DNA of 56,451 nucleotides from Candidatus Binatia bacterium (lineage in GTDB: Bacteria > Desulfobacterota > Binatia > UBA9968). Shown here one piece after another: positions 54,363 to 56,451 of the stretch (positions are counted from its first letter, which is position 1; each line of letters begins with the position of its first letter). The stretch is from positions 1 to 56,451 of the forward strand of contig JBGPTS010000001.1 in the NCBI GenBank assembly GCA_041490745.1, written 5' to 3'. The translations under genes and the position numbers were made by a program. A model generated the notes under the pieces. It made no database searches and was not told the DNA's origin. It was given only the letters and a program-made list of their open reading frames with translations.

Positions 54363-55205
54363 ATGACGAAGCAACTCTGGAACGAAATGCGACGGAGCCC
54401 GCTGATTCTCGCGAGCCTCGCGTTCGTCTGCCTCGTCACCGCCGCCGGAGCCGCGGCGCCGCTGATCGCCCCTTACGCGCCCGGCGGTTTCGAGGAAATG
54501 CGACTGCTCGAAGCGCCGAGCCGCGACCACTGGCTCGGCACCGACGAGCTGGGCAGAGACGTCCTGACGCGCATTTTATACGGCGCCCGCGTCTCGATCG
54601 CGGTCGGCATCGGCACGGCCGCGATCGCGTTGATGATCGGCGCGCTCTACGGCTTGATCTCGGGTTACGTCGGCGGGCAGGTGGACAATTTGTTGATGCG
54701 CATCGTGGATATTTTCTACGGCCTGCCCGACCTTCTCGTTTTCATTCTCCTGTCGCTTTTTTTTGGCCGCAATATCGCCGGCGTCCTGCTCACTCTCGCG
54801 CTCGTCACCTGGGTGCGCTTCGCGCGCATCACACGCGGCCAGGTGCTCCAGGCGAAGGAGCTGGTTTACGTCGAGGGCGCGCGCGCGATCGGTGCGTCGC
54901 ACGCGCGGATTCTTCTGCGCCACATCCTGCCGAATATTCTCGCGCCGGTGCTGGTGACGCTCACCTTCAGCATCCCCGCCGCGATCCTCGCCGAATCGAC
55001 GCTGAGTTTTATCGGCCTCGGCATCAACGATCCGTACAGCGCCTGGGGCACAAGCTGGGGCACGCTTGCGCAGGACGGCTGGCGCGCCATGCGCAGCTAC
55101 CCGCACATCATCTTTTTTCCCGCCCTGGCGATTTTTCTGACCATCCTGGCGTTCAATTTTTTAGGCAACGGGCTGAGAGATATTCTGGACCCGAAGGGAA
55201 GATAG
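54363..55205 (+). CDS. ABC peptide transporter permease (DppC/OppC-like)
   Basis: HWLGTDELGRDVLTRILYGARVS and the EAA region YVEGARAIGASHARILLRHILPN. Confidence 0.9.
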   Translation: MTKQLWNEMRRSPLILASLAFVCLVTAAGAAAPLIAPYAPGGFEEMRLLEAPSRDHWLGTDELGRDVLTRILYGARVSIAVGIGTAAIALMIGALYGLISGYVGGQVDNLLMRIVDIFYGLPDLLVFILLSLFFGRNIAGVLLTLALVTWVRFARITRGQVLQAKELVYVEGARAIGASHARILLRHILPNILAPVLVTLTFSIPAAILAESTLSFIGLGINDPYSAWGTSWGTLAQDGWRAMRSYPHIIFFPALAIFLTILAFNFLGNGLRDILDPKGR

Positions 55206-55284
55206 AGCGAAATGGGCCGAGTTGACGCCGCCCTTGTGATGCTCTACCCTTCCATCGCATTCTAAATATAAGGAGGATTCACCG

Positions 55285-55641
55285 ATGAACTACCGTCTCG
55301 AGCACATCGCGATCAATTGCAAGAACTTGCAGGACTCGATCAAATTTTACCAGAAGCTTTTCGGCGGCGAGCCGACACCGATCCGCAAAGGAGGCGCCGG
55401 TTACGGCTTCTGTTTTTTGAAGGTCAACGGCGAGGCGCCGCTCCAGCTCATGGAATCCGACGGCGGCATCGGCGTGCACCACTACGGCTTCGTCACCGAC
55501 GACGTGGAAGCCGTCGCGAAGGAATTCAAAGAAAAGGGCGTGAATATCCTGCGCGAGAACCGCGACGCCGCCGGCAAGCTCACGACCATTTTCTGCCAGG
55601 ACCCGAACGGTTTGCAGATCGAGGTGAGAATTCCGCGCTGA
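55285..55641 (+). CDS. VOC-family (glyoxalase/bleomycin-resistance/dioxygenase fold) protein
   Basis: LEHIAINCKNLQDSIKFY...HHYGFVTDDV...GLQIEV pattern. Strong SD AAGGAGG upstream. Confidence 0.8.
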   Translation: MNYRLEHIAINCKNLQDSIKFYQKLFGGEPTPIRKGGAGYGFCFLKVNGEAPLQLMESDGGIGVHHYGFVTDDVEAVAKEFKEKGVNILRENRDAAGKLTTIFCQDPNGLQIEVRIPR

Positions 55642-55692
55642 CCTTATTTTTTTCGAGAATGCTTTATTTTACGGGCTTTTGTGCCCGAAAAG

Positions 55693-55721
55693 TTGACTTT
55701 TCTAGTCGGGATGTGTAACTT
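55693..55721 (+). promoter_or_regulatory. candidate sigma70-like promoter for the rhodanese-ThiF gene
   Basis: TTGACT (55693-55698), 17-nt spacer, TAACTT (55716-55721). It lies about 30 nt upstream of the ATG at 55752. Confidence 0.25.
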
Positions 55722-55751
55722 AGACCCATAAGGTCGCTATTTGGAGGAGTC

Positions 55752-56451
55752 ATGGCGAAGACGTTCAAACAGTTGATGGACGAGGCGCGTACGGACGTCA
55801 AGGAGATTTCCGTTCAGGAGACTAAAAACCTCCTGGAAAAAAACGGCAACCACCTCCTTTTAGATGTCCGCGAAAAAGATGAGTACCGCGAAGGCCATCT
55901 CGAAGGCGCCGTCTCGCTGCCGCGCGGTTTCCTCGAGCTCAAGGTCGAGACCACTATTCCGGAGAAATCCACGCCGATCGTCGCCTATTGCGCCGGCGGC
56001 GTGCGCTCGCTCCTGGCGGCGAAAGCCCTCAAGGAGATGGGCTATCAGGACGTGATCTCGATGTCCGGCGGTTATTCGGCGTGGAAAACGGCCGGCTACA
56101 AATGGGTGCAGGATCATCAGTTCACGCAAGAGCAGACGACGCGCTACAGCCGCCACTTCCTATTGCCGGAAGTCGGCGAGGCTGGACAGGCAAAATTGCT
56201 GCAAGCAAAAGTCCTGATGGTGGGCGCCGGCGGCCTCGGCTCGCCTTCCGCTTATTATCTCGCGGCGGCGGGCGTGGGCACGCTCGGCATCATCGACAAC
56301 GACGTGGTCGATCTGTCCAATTTGCAGCGCCAGATCCTGCACACCAACGACCGCGTCGGCATGCCCAAGGTCGAGTCGGCGAAGCTGACGCTGCAAGGAC
56401 TCAATCCCGACGTGCGCGTCATTCCCTACCAGGACAAGCTCACGTCGAAAA
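55752..56451 (+). CDS. rhodanese domain fused N-terminally to a ThiF/MoeB-type E1-like adenylyltransferase (3' end outside the window)
   Basis: My own translation shows the rhodanese active-site loop CAGGVRS. It is followed by TRYSRHFLLPEVGEAGQAKLLQAKVLMVGAGGLGSP (ThiF/MoeB nucleotide-binding motif). GGAGGAG precedes the ATG, and the frame stays open to the window end. Confidence 0.85.
   Translation, partial: MAKTFKQLMDEARTDVKEISVQETKNLLEKNGNHLLLDVREKDEYREGHLEGAVSLPRGFLELKVETTIPEKSTPIVAYCAGGVRSLLAAKALKEMGYQDVISMSGGYSAWKTAGYKWVQDHQFTQEQTTRYSRHFLLPEVGEAGQAKLLQAKVLMVGAGGLGSPSAYYLAAAGVGTLGIIDNDVVDLSNLQRQILHTNDRVGMPKVESAKLTLQGLNPDVRVIPYQDKLTSK

Noticed and set aside
1-56451. Mobile genetic element or genomic island boundaries, tRNA genes and rRNA genes.
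   Set aside because: I saw no integrase, transposase, recombinase or phage structural genes, no long terminal direct repeats and no cloverleaf-like tRNA sequences in the intergenic gaps. The gaps are mostly under 150 nt and are occupied by REP-like elements.

Overview
High-GC (roughly 65%) bacterial chromosomal segment. It is densely coding: about 52 CDS, many joined by 1-4 nt start/stop overlaps. By eye I found no rRNA, tRNA, CRISPR array, transposase, integrase or phage genes, so this looks like an accessory metabolic region rather than a mobile element. Most of the content is uptake and catabolism. There are ten solute-binding proteins: five NMT1/NitT-TauT type, three Fe3+/family-1 type, one TAXI-like and one family-5 peptide type. 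There are two complete NitT/TauT-type ABC importers. A minus-strand operon at 0.4-8.9 kb encodes M24 peptidase, enolase-superfamily enzyme, opine dehydrogenase, LLM oxidoreductase, ABC components and M20 peptidase. Other enzymes include two UbiD-family decarboxylases, two amidohydrolase_2 enzymes, 3-hydroxyanthranilate dioxygenase, a lone xanthine-dehydrogenase-family Mo subunit and an M19 dipeptidase with a Dpp-like importer. There is also a MoxR AAA+/VWA pair, and a soluble PRC-MgtE_N-CBS protein translationally coupled to a non-canonical NRAMP transporter. The most unusual stretch is 20.5-31.4 kb, a single co-directional gene array. It starts with hydantoinase A/B plus an acetone-carboxylase-gamma-like zinc ribbon fused to an isochorismatase-fold domain. 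It then runs into a tightly coupled cassette (25.3-31.4 kb): an HprK-like P-loop kinase fused to a GT2 glycosyltransferase, two more GT2 paralogs, a PqqD-type peptide-recognition (RRE) protein, two paralogous HD-like proteins whose HD dyad is degenerate, and an SDR epimerase/dehydratase. I see no precursor peptide, cyclase, radical SAM enzyme, protease or exporter. I regard this cassette as the best candidate for an undescribed system, possibly peptide/protein phospho-glycosylation. Several families of REP-like intergenic palindromes and tandem repeats are present, along with one unlisted 48-aa zinc-ribbon ORF. All functional calls rest on my recognition of family motifs in the supplied translations; no database search was run. 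Many gene starts were re-picked from Shine-Dalgarno context and are less certain than the stops.
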